A stretch of 64,000 nt of DNA from Candidatus Scatomorpha merdavium (GTDB taxonomy: Bacteria > Bacillota > Clostridia > Oscillospirales > Oscillospiraceae): NCBI GenBank assembly GCA_018711415.1, contig DVIJ01000004.1:6082-70081 (forward strand), read 5' to 3'. Positions 16,391 to 25,984 of this stretch are shown in pieces; the stretch's first letter is position 1, and each line of letters begins with the position of its first letter. Position numbers and translations under genes: made by a program. The notes beneath the pieces are model-generated. The model had not been told where the DNA came from, did not search any database, and worked only from the letters and a program-made list of their open reading frames with translations.

Positions 16391-19300
16391 ATGGCCGAAA
16401 ATACGGGCCGCGCGCTCTCGCGCGGACTTTTGCGCTGTCTCGCCTCCATAAGTCGGGAGCACGCCCGGCTCTCCCGGAGCCCCGCCCCGGCCCCGGGCGC
16501 GGAGTGGCTGCTGGACAACTGGTATCTCATAGAACGCGAGGGCAGGCTCGCGGCCTCCGAGCTGCGGCGCGCTGGCAGGCTCCGCGGCTGCGCGGAGGGC
16601 GGCGCGCTCATAGCCTGTCTCTGCCGCCGTCTGGTCCGGGACTGCGGCGGCGAGGTCACGGAAGAGCGCGCCTCGCGCTTTTTGAGCGAGGCCCAGGCGG
16701 AGACGCCCCTGCGGATGCGGGAGCTGGGACTTTTTGCGCCCTGCCTGCGCCTTGCGCTCGTCGAGGACATAGCCGCCTCGCTCTCCGGCGGGCCGGACCC
16801 GGAACCGCTTTCGGCCTGCATAAACTCGCTGCGGCTCTTCGCCACCCTGGACCTCACGCAGCTGCTCGAGGGCGCGGACCTGGTCGAGGCCGCGCTCCGG
16901 AGGGACCCCGCGGGCGTCTATCCGCAGATGGACGAGCGCAGCCGCGCCTACTACCGCGAGCGCCTGCGTCTCCTGGCGAAAAAGCGCGGCGTGGATGAGC
17001 ACGAGCTGGCCGCGGAACTCATCGAGCGCTCGGGCGAGAGCGGCCACGTGGGCGCCCTGCTCCTGCCGGAGCCCCGGAGCGGCCGGGGCTACGCCCTGGC
17101 CCAGCTGCTGCCCGCTCTCATTTTGTCCGCGGGCCTGGCGGTTTATTTCAGGAGCCTGCCGCTCTTTTTCCCGGCGCTGGCGGCGCTCTGGGAGCTCTCG
17201 AAGGCCGTCTGCGATTTTGTGCTGCTGCGCGTGCTGCCGCCGCGGCTCATACCCCGGCTGGAGCTGGCGGGCGGCGTTCCGGATGAGGGGCGCTGCATCT
17301 GCGTCGTCTCCTCCCTGCTCTCGGGGGAGGACTCGGGGCCGGAGCTGGCCCGGAGGCTTGAGGAGTTCTCCCTCGCCTCGCGCGACTGCGGTGGGAACCT
17401 GGCCTTCGGCCTGCTGGCGGACCTGCCCGAGGCCAAAGCCCCCGAGCTGCCCTCGGACGCCGGGGCGAAGCGCGCCGCCGCGCTCGCCGTGGAGGCGCTG
17501 AACAAAAAATACGGCGGCGGCTTCTACCTCTTCTGCCGCGAGCGGAAGCCCCGGGGCCGGGACAGGCTCTGGTCGGGCTTCGAGCGCAAGCGCGGCGCGC
17601 TGCTGGACCTGGCCCGGCTCCTGTGCGAGGGCTCCGGCGGCCTGGAAGTCCTGGCCGGGGATGCGGAGGCCCTCGCGGGGACGAGGTATATACTCACCCT
17701 CGACGCGGACACGCGCCTGCTTCCCGGCGCGGCGCGCGAGCTCATCGGCGCCATGCTGCACCCCATGAACCGCCCGGTCTTTGACCCGGGCCGCAGGGCG
17801 GTGGTGTCCGGCCACGGTCTCATCCACCCGCGCATGGACGTGGAGCTGCCCTCCGCCGTGAGGACGCCCTTTTCCCGCATCATGGCCGGGGCCGGCGGGA
17901 CGGACCCCTACGGCGCGGCCTGCGGCGAGGTCTGGCAGGACCTGACGGGCCGCGGCGGTTTTGCGGGCAAGGGCATCCTGGACGCGGAGGCCCTGCTCGT
18001 CGGCTGCTCCGGCCTGCCGGAAAACCGCATCCTCTCCCACGACGCCGTCGAGGGCGCCATCCTCCGCGGCGGCTACATGAGCGATACGGAGCTGACGGAC
18101 GGCTTCCCCGCCCGGCCCGGGGCCTATTTCCGCCGCCTGCACCGCTGGGTGCGCGGGGACTGGCAGAACCTCGGCTTCATCTTCGGCCGGGGCAGGGAGC
18201 TCGCCTTTGCGGACAGGTGGAAGCTCATGGACAGCCTCCGCCGCAGCCTGCACCCCGTTTTTTGCTTTGGAGCCCTGCTCTGGGCCTCGTTTTCCGGCTC
18301 CGCGGCCTCGCTCTGCGCGGGGCTTTTGGCGCTCTTTTCGCTCTGCACGGGGCTCCTGCCCGCCCTGGGCTCCGCGCTCCTGCGGCGGGACAGGGAACGC
18401 CTGCGCTCGGCCACGCCGCACGGCTTTTCCGGGCGGCTGCTGCAGGTCCTGCTCCGGCTCGTCCTGCTGCCCTGGGAGGCGCTCTGCTGCCTTTCGGCGG
18501 CGCTCACGGCGCTCTGGCGCATGGGAATATCCAAGCGGAACCTCCTGGCCTGGCAGACCGCCGCGCAGTCCGAGGGCCGGGCGCGCAAGGTCCTGGAGGG
18601 CTGGCCTCCCGTCCTCTGCGGGGCGCTGCTGCTCGCGCTTGCGCCCCTGCCCCTAGGCAGGGCTCTGGGGCTCTTCTGGCTCGTATCCGGCCTTGCCGCG
18701 CCGGCGCTCGGCAGGGAGACGAAGCTCGCGCCCCCGCTCGCGGAGGCGGACCGCCGTTTCCTGCTCGGCGAGGCGGAAAAGATCTGGGCCTACTTTGCCG
18801 AGTTCTGCACCGCGGAGGACAACTACCTCCCGCCCGACAACTGGCAGGAGCAGCCCCCGACGGGCCTCGCCCACCGCAGCTCGCCCACTAATATCGGCCT
18901 GGCCCTGATCTCCGCCCTCGCGGCGGCGGACCTGGGTCTCTGCTCCGTGCCGGAGCTGGGCGAGTTCGCGGAAAGGCTCCTCGCCTCCTGCGAGAGGATG
19001 CCCAAGTGGCGCGGTCATCTTTATAATTGGTACGACACGCGGACGCTCCGCCCCCTGGAGCCGAGGTACGTCTCCACCGTGGACAGCGGCAATCTGGCCG
19101 CCTGCCTGGGCGCGGCCCGGCGCGGGCTCACGGACTACGGGCGCGCGGACCTCGCCGCCCGGGCCGAGGCGCTCTACCAGGCGATGGACTTCCGCCCGCT
19201 CTACGACCCGGGCCGCAGGCTCTTCCGCATCGGCTGGGACGAGAGCGCGGGCAAGCTCTCGGAGGGGCTTTACGACCTGCTCTCGAGCGAGGCCCGGCTG

Positions 19301-22300
19301 ACGGGCTATCTCTGCGTGGCCCGGGGCGAGGTCCCGCGGCGGCACTGGCGGCGGCTCTCCCGCGCCCTGGTCTCCAAGGACGGCTACAGGGGCATGGCCA
19401 GCTGGACGGGGACGATGTTCGAATACCTCATGCCGGAGCTCTTTCTCCCGCTGTGCCGGGAGAGCCTGCTCTGGGAGAGCGCGCGCTTTTGCCTCTACGT
19501 CCAGCGGCACGACATGCCGGACGGCCAGCCCTGGGGCCAGTCGGAGAGCGCCTTCTACTCGCTGGACCCGGCGCTCAGCTACCGCTACAAGGCCCACGGC
19601 TGCGCCGCCCTGGCGCTCCGGCGCGGCATGGGCGCGGAGAGGGTGGTCTCGCCCTATTCGAGCTTTCTGGCGCTGGCGGTGGAGCCGCGCGCGGCCGTGC
19701 GGAACCTGAGAAGGCTCTGCGCCCTCGGCTTCACGGGCCGCTTCGGGCTCTGGGAGGCCGTGGACTACACTCCCTCGCGCAGCTCGGGCCGCGGCGGTGA
19801 GAGCGTGCGCTGCGTCATGGCGCATCACCTGGGCATGAGCCTCGCCGCGATAGACAACTGCCTCATGGACGACATCTTCTGCCGCCGCTTCATGGCGGAC
19901 CCGGCCATGAGCGCGCACCGCTGCCTGCTGGAGGAGCGCCTGCCCATAGGCGCGGTGACGCTCCGGCGCCGCGGCGGCGAGATACCCGAAAAACCGCAGC
20001 GGGCTCCCGGCCCCGGCTGGGAGCTGGGCGGAGCCTGCCCGGACGCCGCCTATCCCCGCTGCTACCCCGTGTCGAACGGGGTCTATCACCTCATGCTGAC
20101 CTCGAGCGGCCTGGCCTCGGCCTGCGCCGGAGGCATCAGCCTATACCGCGGCCCGGACTCGCCGCTCGGCGGCCCGGCGGGCCTGCGCATATTTTTCGAA
20201 ACGCCCGAGGGCAGGACTGACCTGCTGCCCCTGCCGGGCGCACAGGGCGGACTGCGCTTCAGGCACCAGTTCCGCGGCGGCGCGCTCAGCTTTGAGGGCG
20301 AGAGCGACAGGCTGCGCAGTCTCTGCTCCGCGGCCGTCTCCGCGCGGGACATGTGCGAGGTCCGCTTCGTCGAGCTAACTTCGCCCAGGGCGCTGGAGGG
20401 CAAACTCTGCCTGGAGTTCGAGCCCGTGCTCGCCCGCTCGCGGGACAGGGAGGGCCACCCCGCCTTCTGGCGGCTGGGCCTGCACGCCTCCGTGCGCGAG
20501 GGCGCTCTGCTCATACGGCGTCTGCCCCGGGGCGAGCTGGCCGAGTGCTGGCTCTGTCTGAGGTCGGACCGCCCGCTCGAGCTTCGCGCGGACGCGCTGG
20601 GCGAGCCGCTCGGCTGGCTGTCGCACCCCTGGGTGCGCGCCGTCACCCCGGCCTTTGCGCCCATGTCCGGGCGCTTTGCCGCGCGCTTCGCCCTGGCCTT
20701 CGGCCCCACGGCGGATGCGGCCTTCGCCGCAGCGGCCCGAGGCCTTTCCGCAGCGGCCCAGGACTTTGCAGACCTGCTCTCCGCCCGCGCCGCGCTTGGC
20801 GGCATGGGCGCGCGGGACCTGGCCGCCGCCCTGGATATGGCCCCGGCCCTGGTCTTTCCGCGCTACCCCGCCGGCGGCGCGCCCAGGGACGCGCTCTGGC
20901 GCATCGGCGTCTCCGGGGACGAACCCGTGGTCTGCGCCGAGCTGGACGACGTGAGCCGCCTGCGCGCGGCGCGCGACCTCATACGCAGGCACGAGCTGCT
21001 GCGCGTCTGCGGCGTGAAGAGCGACCTTGTCTTTCTCACCCGCGAGGGCGGGGACTACCTGCGCCGCCTCTCCCGCTCCGTGACCGAGCTGCTGCAGAAG
21101 GAGGGGCTTGAGGCCCTGGCAGGCGCGCCCGGCGGCGTCTATACGGCGGAGCGCACCGGAGCGGAGGACATCCTGGCCAGCTCGGCGCTGGTCGTGGACC
21201 TCGCCCGGCCCGAGCTCACGGAGCCCGAGCCGCCGGAGACCCCGCGCCCGCCCCTGCCGGAGCCGAGGCGCGGCGGCGCCGTGCCTTACCGCTGGCTCGA
21301 GGGCGGGACCTTCGAGTTCGACGCGCGGCGCGGCCTGCCCGTCCGGGCCTGGACCCTCCCGCTGACCGACGGAGACTTCGGCTGTCTTGCGGCGGACTGC
21401 GGTCCCGCGGGGATGTGGTATAAGAACGCCCGCGAGCTGCGCGTGGACCGCTGCCTGGACGGGGACCTTGCCGCCTCGGGCAGCGAGACGCTCCGCTGCG
21501 GCGGGGAGAGCCTTTTCGCCGGGGCCGTAGTGCGCTTCGGCTTCGGCTGGGCTCAGTGGGAAAAGGGCCGCAGCCGCGTCACGCTCTTCGTCCCGAAGGG
21601 CGCGGGGGCGCGGATAATGATAATAGAGGGCGCGGCCGGGGAGCTCGAGTGGACGTTCCGCCCCAGTCTGGCCTATGAGGAGCGGGACGCGGCCTTCGTC
21701 CGCACTCGGGCGGAGGAAAACTTGCTGCTGGCCGAAAACAGGCGCGGCGGGGCGCCGGAGCTGTGCTTCCGGGCGGGCTTTTCCTGCCCGGCGGAGCTGG
21801 CCGCCGAGGAGGCGGGCAGGCCGGTGTTTTCGGCGCGTCTGCCGGGCGGCGGGACGCGGGTCATAGTCTGCGGCTTTCTGGAGTCGGAGGAGCTCTCGCG
21901 TCTTGCGGAACCGGAGCGCGCCCTGGCCCTGCTGGAGGAGACGCGTCGCTTCTGGGCCGGGACCGTGGGCCGGCTGAGGATAAAAACGCCCCTGCCGGAG
22001 CTGGACGCCTATATGAACGGCTGGGCGCTCTACCAGGCCCTGGCCTGCCGGCTCATGGCGCGCACCTCGATATACCAGAGCGGCGGGGCCTACGGTTTCC
22101 GGGACCAGCTGCAGGACGCGGCGAATCTTCTGCTCATGGCCCCGGAGCTGGCGCGGGAGCGCATCCTCTCCGCCTGCGCGCACCAGTACAGGGAAGGCGA
22201 CGTCATGCACTGGTGGCACGAGGGCGAGCCCGACCGGGGCGTGAGGACCCGCTGCTCGGACGACCTCATCTGGCTGCCCTGGGCCGTCTGCGAATACCTG

Positions 22301-23308
22301 GACGCGACGGGAGACGATTCGCTCCTGAACGAGAGCCGGCCCTGGCTGGACTCGGAGCCCCTGGCCCCCACCGAGCCGAGCCGCTACGAGCCCGCGCGGT
22401 ACGACGGGACGGAGGCGACGGTGCTGGAGCACGCGGCGCTGGCGCTGCGGCTGGTCATCCGCCGCGGCGTGGGCGAGCACGGCCTTCCGCTCATGCTGGC
22501 GGGGGACTGGAACGACGGCATGGACACGGTCGGGATAGAGGGCCGGGGCGAGAGCGTGTGGCTGGCCTGGTTCTTCGCGCATACGGCGCGGCGCTTTGCA
22601 GCCGTGCTGGACCGCCAGGGCGACAGGCACGGCGCAGCGGCTCTGCTGTCCGCGGCCTCGCGGATGGGCCGCGCGGCGGACAGGGCCTGGGACGGGGCCT
22701 GGTATCTGCGCGGCTGGTTCGACTCCGGCGCGCCCCTGGGCTCCGCGAAGGGCCGGGGCTGCCGGATAGACTCCCTGGCCCAGAGCTGGGCCGCCATGTG
22801 CGCAGAGGCCTCGCCCGAGCGGGTGCAAAAGGCCCTGGATTCCGCGCTGGAGCGCCTGTTCGACAGGGAGACAGGCCTTGTGAAGCTCTTCGACCCGCCC
22901 TTCGGCGATGGCGCTGAGCGCGCGGGCTATATCTCGAGCTACGGCCCGGGCTTCCGCGAAAACGGCGGACAGTATACCCACGGCGCGATCTGGCTGGCCA
23001 TGGCCTGCCTGAGGACGGGCCGGAGGGAGGAGGGCCTGGCTCTGCTGCGGGCGCTCCTGCCCGGGCGCTCTGTGGGATATGGGGCGGAGCCCTTCGTCCT
23101 GGCTGCGGACGTCTATTCCAACCCGGACAGGCTAGGCCAGGCGGGCTGGAGCTGGTATACGGGCTCGGCGGGCTGGTATTTCCGCGTGGTGACGCGGGAG
23201 CTGCTGGGCCTCTCCATCCGGGACGGGAAGCTGTACGCCGAACCCCGCGTGCCGGAGGGCTGGGGCTTTAAGGCGGGCCTGGAGGGCGCGGGCGAGGTCT
23301 CGGGCTGA
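16391..23308 (+). CDS. Cyclic beta-1,2-glucan synthase-like multidomain protein (membrane GT84-type glycosyltransferase + glucoamylase-like middle domain + GH94 phosphorylase domain)
   Basis: 2305 aa from ATG 16391 (AGGGTG SD). LTLDADT at 17693-17713 and RWVRGDWQ at 18143-18166, flanked by TM helix clusters. YNWYDT, VDSGNLAACL, SWTGTMFEYLMPELF. C-terminal GAYGFRDQLQD, HWWH, GDWND at 22502-22516, RENGGQYTHGAIW. Confidence 0.8.
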   Translation: MAENTGRALSRGLLRCLASISREHARLSRSPAPAPGAEWLLDNWYLIEREGRLAASELRRAGRLRGCAEGGALIACLCRRLVRDCGGEVTEERASRFLSEAQAETPLRMRELGLFAPCLRLALVEDIAASLSGGPDPEPLSACINSLRLFATLDLTQLLEGADLVEAALRRDPAGVYPQMDERSRAYYRERLRLLAKKRGVDEHELAAELIERSGESGHVGALLLPEPRSGRGYALAQLLPALILSAGLAVYFRSLPLFFPALAALWELSKAVCDFVLLRVLPPRLIPRLELAGGVPDEGRCICVVSSLLSGEDSGPELARRLEEFSLASRDCGGNLAFGLLADLPEAKAPELPSDAGAKRAAALAVEALNKKYGGGFYLFCRERKPRGRDRLWSGFERKRGALLDLARLLCEGSGGLEVLAGDAEALAGTRYILTLDADTRLLPGAARELIGAMLHPMNRPVFDPGRRAVVSGHGLIHPRMDVELPSAVRTPFSRIMAGAGGTDPYGAACGEVWQDLTGRGGFAGKGILDAEALLVGCSGLPENRILSHDAVEGAILRGGYMSDTELTDGFPARPGAYFRRLHRWVRGDWQNLGFIFGRGRELAFADRWKLMDSLRRSLHPVFCFGALLWASFSGSAASLCAGLLALFSLCTGLLPALGSALLRRDRERLRSATPHGFSGRLLQVLLRLVLLPWEALCCLSAALTALWRMGISKRNLLAWQTAAQSEGRARKVLEGWPPVLCGALLLALAPLPLGRALGLFWLVSGLAAPALGRETKLAPPLAEADRRFLLGEAEKIWAYFAEFCTAEDNYLPPDNWQEQPPTGLAHRSSPTNIGLALISALAAADLGLCSVPELGEFAERLLASCERMPKWRGHLYNWYDTRTLRPLEPRYVSTVDSGNLAACLGAARRGLTDYGRADLAARAEALYQAMDFRPLYDPGRRLFRIGWDESAGKLSEGLYDLLSSEARLTGYLCVARGEVPRRHWRRLSRALVSKDGYRGMASWTGTMFEYLMPELFLPLCRESLLWESARFCLYVQRHDMPDGQPWGQSESAFYSLDPALSYRYKAHGCAALALRRGMGAERVVSPYSSFLALAVEPRAAVRNLRRLCALGFTGRFGLWEAVDYTPSRSSGRGGESVRCVMAHHLGMSLAAIDNCLMDDIFCRRFMADPAMSAHRCLLEERLPIGAVTLRRRGGEIPEKPQRAPGPGWELGGACPDAAYPRCYPVSNGVYHLMLTSSGLASACAGGISLYRGPDSPLGGPAGLRIFFETPEGRTDLLPLPGAQGGLRFRHQFRGGALSFEGESDRLRSLCSAAVSARDMCEVRFVELTSPRALEGKLCLEFEPVLARSRDREGHPAFWRLGLHASVREGALLIRRLPRGELAECWLCLRSDRPLELRADALGEPLGWLSHPWVRAVTPAFAPMSGRFAARFALAFGPTADAAFAAAARGLSAAAQDFADLLSARAALGGMGARDLAAALDMAPALVFPRYPAGGAPRDALWRIGVSGDEPVVCAELDDVSRLRAARDLIRRHELLRVCGVKSDLVFLTREGGDYLRRLSRSVTELLQKEGLEALAGAPGGVYTAERTGAEDILASSALVVDLARPELTEPEPPETPRPPLPEPRRGGAVPYRWLEGGTFEFDARRGLPVRAWTLPLTDGDFGCLAADCGPAGMWYKNARELRVDRCLDGDLAASGSETLRCGGESLFAGAVVRFGFGWAQWEKGRSRVTLFVPKGAGARIMIIEGAAGELEWTFRPSLAYEERDAAFVRTRAEENLLLAENRRGGAPELCFRAGFSCPAELAAEEAGRPVFSARLPGGGTRVIVCGFLESEELSRLAEPERALALLEETRRFWAGTVGRLRIKTPLPELDAYMNGWALYQALACRLMARTSIYQSGGAYGFRDQLQDAANLLLMAPELARERILSACAHQYREGDVMHWWHEGEPDRGVRTRCSDDLIWLPWAVCEYLDATGDDSLLNESRPWLDSEPLAPTEPSRYEPARYDGTEATVLEHAALALRLVIRRGVGEHGLPLMLAGDWNDGMDTVGIEGRGESVWLAWFFAHTARRFAAVLDRQGDRHGAAALLSAASRMGRAADRAWDGAWYLRGWFDSGAPLGSAKGRGCRIDSLAQSWAAMCAEASPERVQKALDSALERLFDRETGLVKLFDPPFGDGAERAGYISSYGPGFRENGGQYTHGAIWLAMACLRTGRREEGLALLRALLPGRSVGYGAEPFVLAADVYSNPDRLGQAGWSWYTGSAGWYFRVVTRELLGLSIRDGKLYAEPRVPEGWGFKAGLEGAGEVSG

Positions 23309-23369
23309 GGCTCGTTCACAAATAATTTACCTCCGGCGGGAGAAATTGTATGGCAAGGCCCGCATTGTG

Positions 23370-23378
23370 TGCTATAAT
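23370..23378 (+). promoter_or_regulatory. Extended -10 promoter element upstream of the M16 pair
   Basis: TGcTATAAT. Only a poor -35. Places the likely TSS near 23385, which argues against the track start at 23384. Confidence 0.4.
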
Positions 23379-23410
23379 AGCGGATGATCAAAAGACGGGA
23401 GGTGCGCCGG

Positions 23411-24715
23411 ATGGAGTTTCGGCGGGAGGAGATCTTACCGGGCGTGTTCTTGACCGCCCTCAGAACAGATAAGTTCAAGACCGCCGTGCTGAGCCTGAGC
23501 CTGCTGGCCCAGCTCGACGCGGAAACGGCTTCCATGAACGCGCTCATACCGAGCGTCCTGCGCCGCGGCACGGTGCGCTGCCCGGATATGGACAGCCTCG
23601 CCGCCTATATGGACGGGCTCTATGGCCTGCGTGCGGAGCCCGTGGTCCGCTGCATAGGCGAGATACAGGCCCCCGGCTTTGTGGCGAGCTTCCCGGAGGA
23701 CAGGTTCCTGCCCCGGGGCGAGCGCCTGCTCGAGCGGGCGGCGGGGCTTTTGGGCGAGCTGCTGCTCAGCCCCAACACCCGCGGCGGGCTGTTCCTGCCG
23801 GAATATGTCGAGCGCGAGCGCGCCAGGCTGGCCGAGCGCATCCGCGCCAAGCGGAACAATAAAGACTCTTACGCCGTCCTCCGCCTCGTGGAGGAGATGT
23901 GCGCCTACGAGCCCGTCGCGGTGGGCTCGCTGGGCTCCGAGTCCGGCGCGGAGGGCGTGGGCTACGTCGCGCTCTCCAAGCACTACAGGCAGCTCATATC
24001 CACCTCGCCCATAGAACTCTTCTACTGCGGCGCCTCGGGCTGGGACGAGATCCGCTCCGCCTTTTCGGAGGCCCTGGCCCAGCTGCCCCGGGGCGAGATC
24101 TGCTTGGACATGGGGACGGATATCCGCATGAACTCCGTGGAGGAAAAGCCCCGCGTTTTCCGCGAGAGCGCGGACCTCAGCCAGGGCAAGCTGGCCCTGG
24201 GCTGGCGCATAGGCGAGTGGATGGAAAACCCGGACCAGGCCGCGCTCACCGTTTTTAACAGCGTTTTCGGCGGCTCGGCTAGCTCCAAGCTCTTTGCGAA
24301 CGTGCGCGAAAAGCTCTCGCTCTGCTACTACGCCTCCTCCGGCACGGACATCTATAAGGGCCTGCTGCTCGTGGCCAGCGCCGTCAACTTTGAAAATTTC
24401 GGCCCCGCGCGGGACGAGATCCTCGCCCAGCTGGAGGCCATGCGCCGCGGCGAGATAACGCCCGAGGAGCTGGAGAGCTCGCGGCTGGGCTGCTCGGCCC
24501 TGCTGCGAGTCGTGGAGGACGACCCTCTCGCGCTCGAAGGCTACTGGCTTCCCGCGAACGTCTCCGGCTCGGAGCTGAGCCCGGCGGAGCTGGCCGCCTC
24601 CTGCGAACTCGTCACGGCCGAGGAACTCGCAGAGATCGCACGCAGCTGCGAGCTGGACGCCGAATTTTATCTCTGCGGAAGGGAGGGCGGCGAGGATGCT
24701 GCTCAAGCGGACTGA
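23411..24715 (+). CDS. M16 (insulinase/pitrilysin) family protein, non-catalytic subunit type
   Basis: 434 aa from ATG 23411 (GGGAGGTG 6 nt upstream). M16 fold pattern but no HxxEH motif. Paired with an HxxEH-containing neighbour, like the Bacillus YmfF/YmfH pair. Confidence 0.75.
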   Translation: MEFRREEILPGVFLTALRTDKFKTAVLSLSLLAQLDAETASMNALIPSVLRRGTVRCPDMDSLAAYMDGLYGLRAEPVVRCIGEIQAPGFVASFPEDRFLPRGERLLERAAGLLGELLLSPNTRGGLFLPEYVERERARLAERIRAKRNNKDSYAVLRLVEEMCAYEPVAVGSLGSESGAEGVGYVALSKHYRQLISTSPIELFYCGASGWDEIRSAFSEALAQLPRGEICLDMGTDIRMNSVEEKPRVFRESADLSQGKLALGWRIGEWMENPDQAALTVFNSVFGGSASSKLFANVREKLSLCYYASSGTDIYKGLLLVASAVNFENFGPARDEILAQLEAMRRGEITPEELESSRLGCSALLRVVEDDPLALEGYWLPANVSGSELSPAELAASCELVTAEELAEIARSCELDAEFYLCGREGGEDAAQAD

Positions 24716-25979
24716 TCACCCCGCCATCGGCGAGACGAGCTATACCGGCGCTCTCGCCAACGGCCTGCGCGTCACCGTCATACCCAGGCCGGGCTTTTTG
24801 AAAAAATACGCCTGCTTCGCCGCGAACTACGGCGGAGTCATGCGGGACTTCAGCGTCGCCGGGCAGAGTGTGGAAACGCCCGAGGGCGTGGCGCATTTTC
24901 TGGAGCACAAGATGTTCGATATGCCCTGGGGCAACGCGCTCGCCGTCCTCTCCTCCCGCGGCGCCAACCCCAACGCCTACACCTCGGACTTCATCACGGC
25001 CTACCACTTCGAGTGTACCGAGAACTTCTACCAGAACCTCGACACGCTCCTGGAGTTCGTCTCCACCCCCTACTTCACCGCCGAGAGCGTGAAGAAGGAA
25101 CAGGGCATCATCGGCGAGGAGATAGGCATGACGGAAAACGACCCCGGCCATGCCGTCTACTACGGGCTCATGCGCTGCCTCTATGAGCGCTGCCGCGTGC
25201 GGGACAGCATCGTCGGCACGGTGGAGAGCATTGCGGAGATAACCCCGGAGATCCTGGAGACCTGCCACCGCGCCTTTTACGCGCCCTCGAACATGCAGCT
25301 TTGCGTCATAGGCGACGTGGAGCCGGAGCGCGTGACGGAGGCGGCGGAACGCATACTGCCCGGGGAGCTCTCCCCCGCGCCGGAGCCGGATTTCGGCGCG
25401 CCCGAGGGTCCGGAGCCCTTTGAGCGGCGTTTTTCGCGGGAGATGGACGTCTCCGCGCCGCAGTTCATGTTCGGCGCCAAGCTGCCGGCGGACTGCGCCG
25501 GGGGCGAGCTGCTGCGCCGCAGGCTGACCGGCTCGCTGGCGCTGCGCTGCCTTGCCGGGACCTCCTCCCCGCTCTACACCTCCCTCTATGCCGAGGGCGC
25601 GATACGCAGTCTCTGGTACGAGCTGGACTGGGGACCCTGCGCCTCCTACGCCGTCCTGGGCGGGGAGAGCCGGGAACCCGAGCAGGTGCTCGAGCGCTTC
25701 GCCGCGGCCGCAGGCAAGGCCGCAGCGGAGGGCCTGGACGCAGCCGCCTTCGAGCGCTGCCGCAGGGCCGAATACGGCTCGCGCATCCGGGCGCTGGAAC
25801 GCCCCGCCTCCCTGGCCGACACGCTCGTCAGGAGCGGCTTTGCCGGCTTCGACTGCCTGCGCGCCTTCGAGCTGCTGCCCGAAATACGCGCGGAGGACTG
25901 CGCCGCCTTCATCAAAGAATACCTCGCCCCGGACCGGCTCGCGCTCTCAGTAGTCAGGCCCGGACCTCGAAAGGACTGA
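24696..25979 (+). CDS. M16 family zinc peptidase (active-site HxxEH present)
   Basis: 427 aa. GVAHFLEHKMF zinc motif. 20-nt overlap with the preceding M16 gene. Confidence 0.85.
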   Translation: MLLKRTDHPAIGETSYTGALANGLRVTVIPRPGFLKKYACFAANYGGVMRDFSVAGQSVETPEGVAHFLEHKMFDMPWGNALAVLSSRGANPNAYTSDFITAYHFECTENFYQNLDTLLEFVSTPYFTAESVKKEQGIIGEEIGMTENDPGHAVYYGLMRCLYERCRVRDSIVGTVESIAEITPEILETCHRAFYAPSNMQLCVIGDVEPERVTEAAERILPGELSPAPEPDFGAPEGPEPFERRFSREMDVSAPQFMFGAKLPADCAGGELLRRRLTGSLALRCLAGTSSPLYTSLYAEGAIRSLWYELDWGPCASYAVLGGESREPEQVLERFAAAAGKAAAEGLDAAAFERCRRAEYGSRIRALERPASLADTLVRSGFAGFDCLRAFELLPEIRAEDCAAFIKEYLAPDRLALSVVRPGPRKD

Positions 25980-25984
25980 TCCCC

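Noticed and set aside
16370-22981. Three long minus-strand ORFs (683, 478 and 868 aa) inside the giant glucan-synthase-like gene
   Set aside because: They are Arg/Ala/Gly/Pro-rich junk translations. They tile the antisense strand of a gene with clear family motifs, and they have no SD or promoter context.
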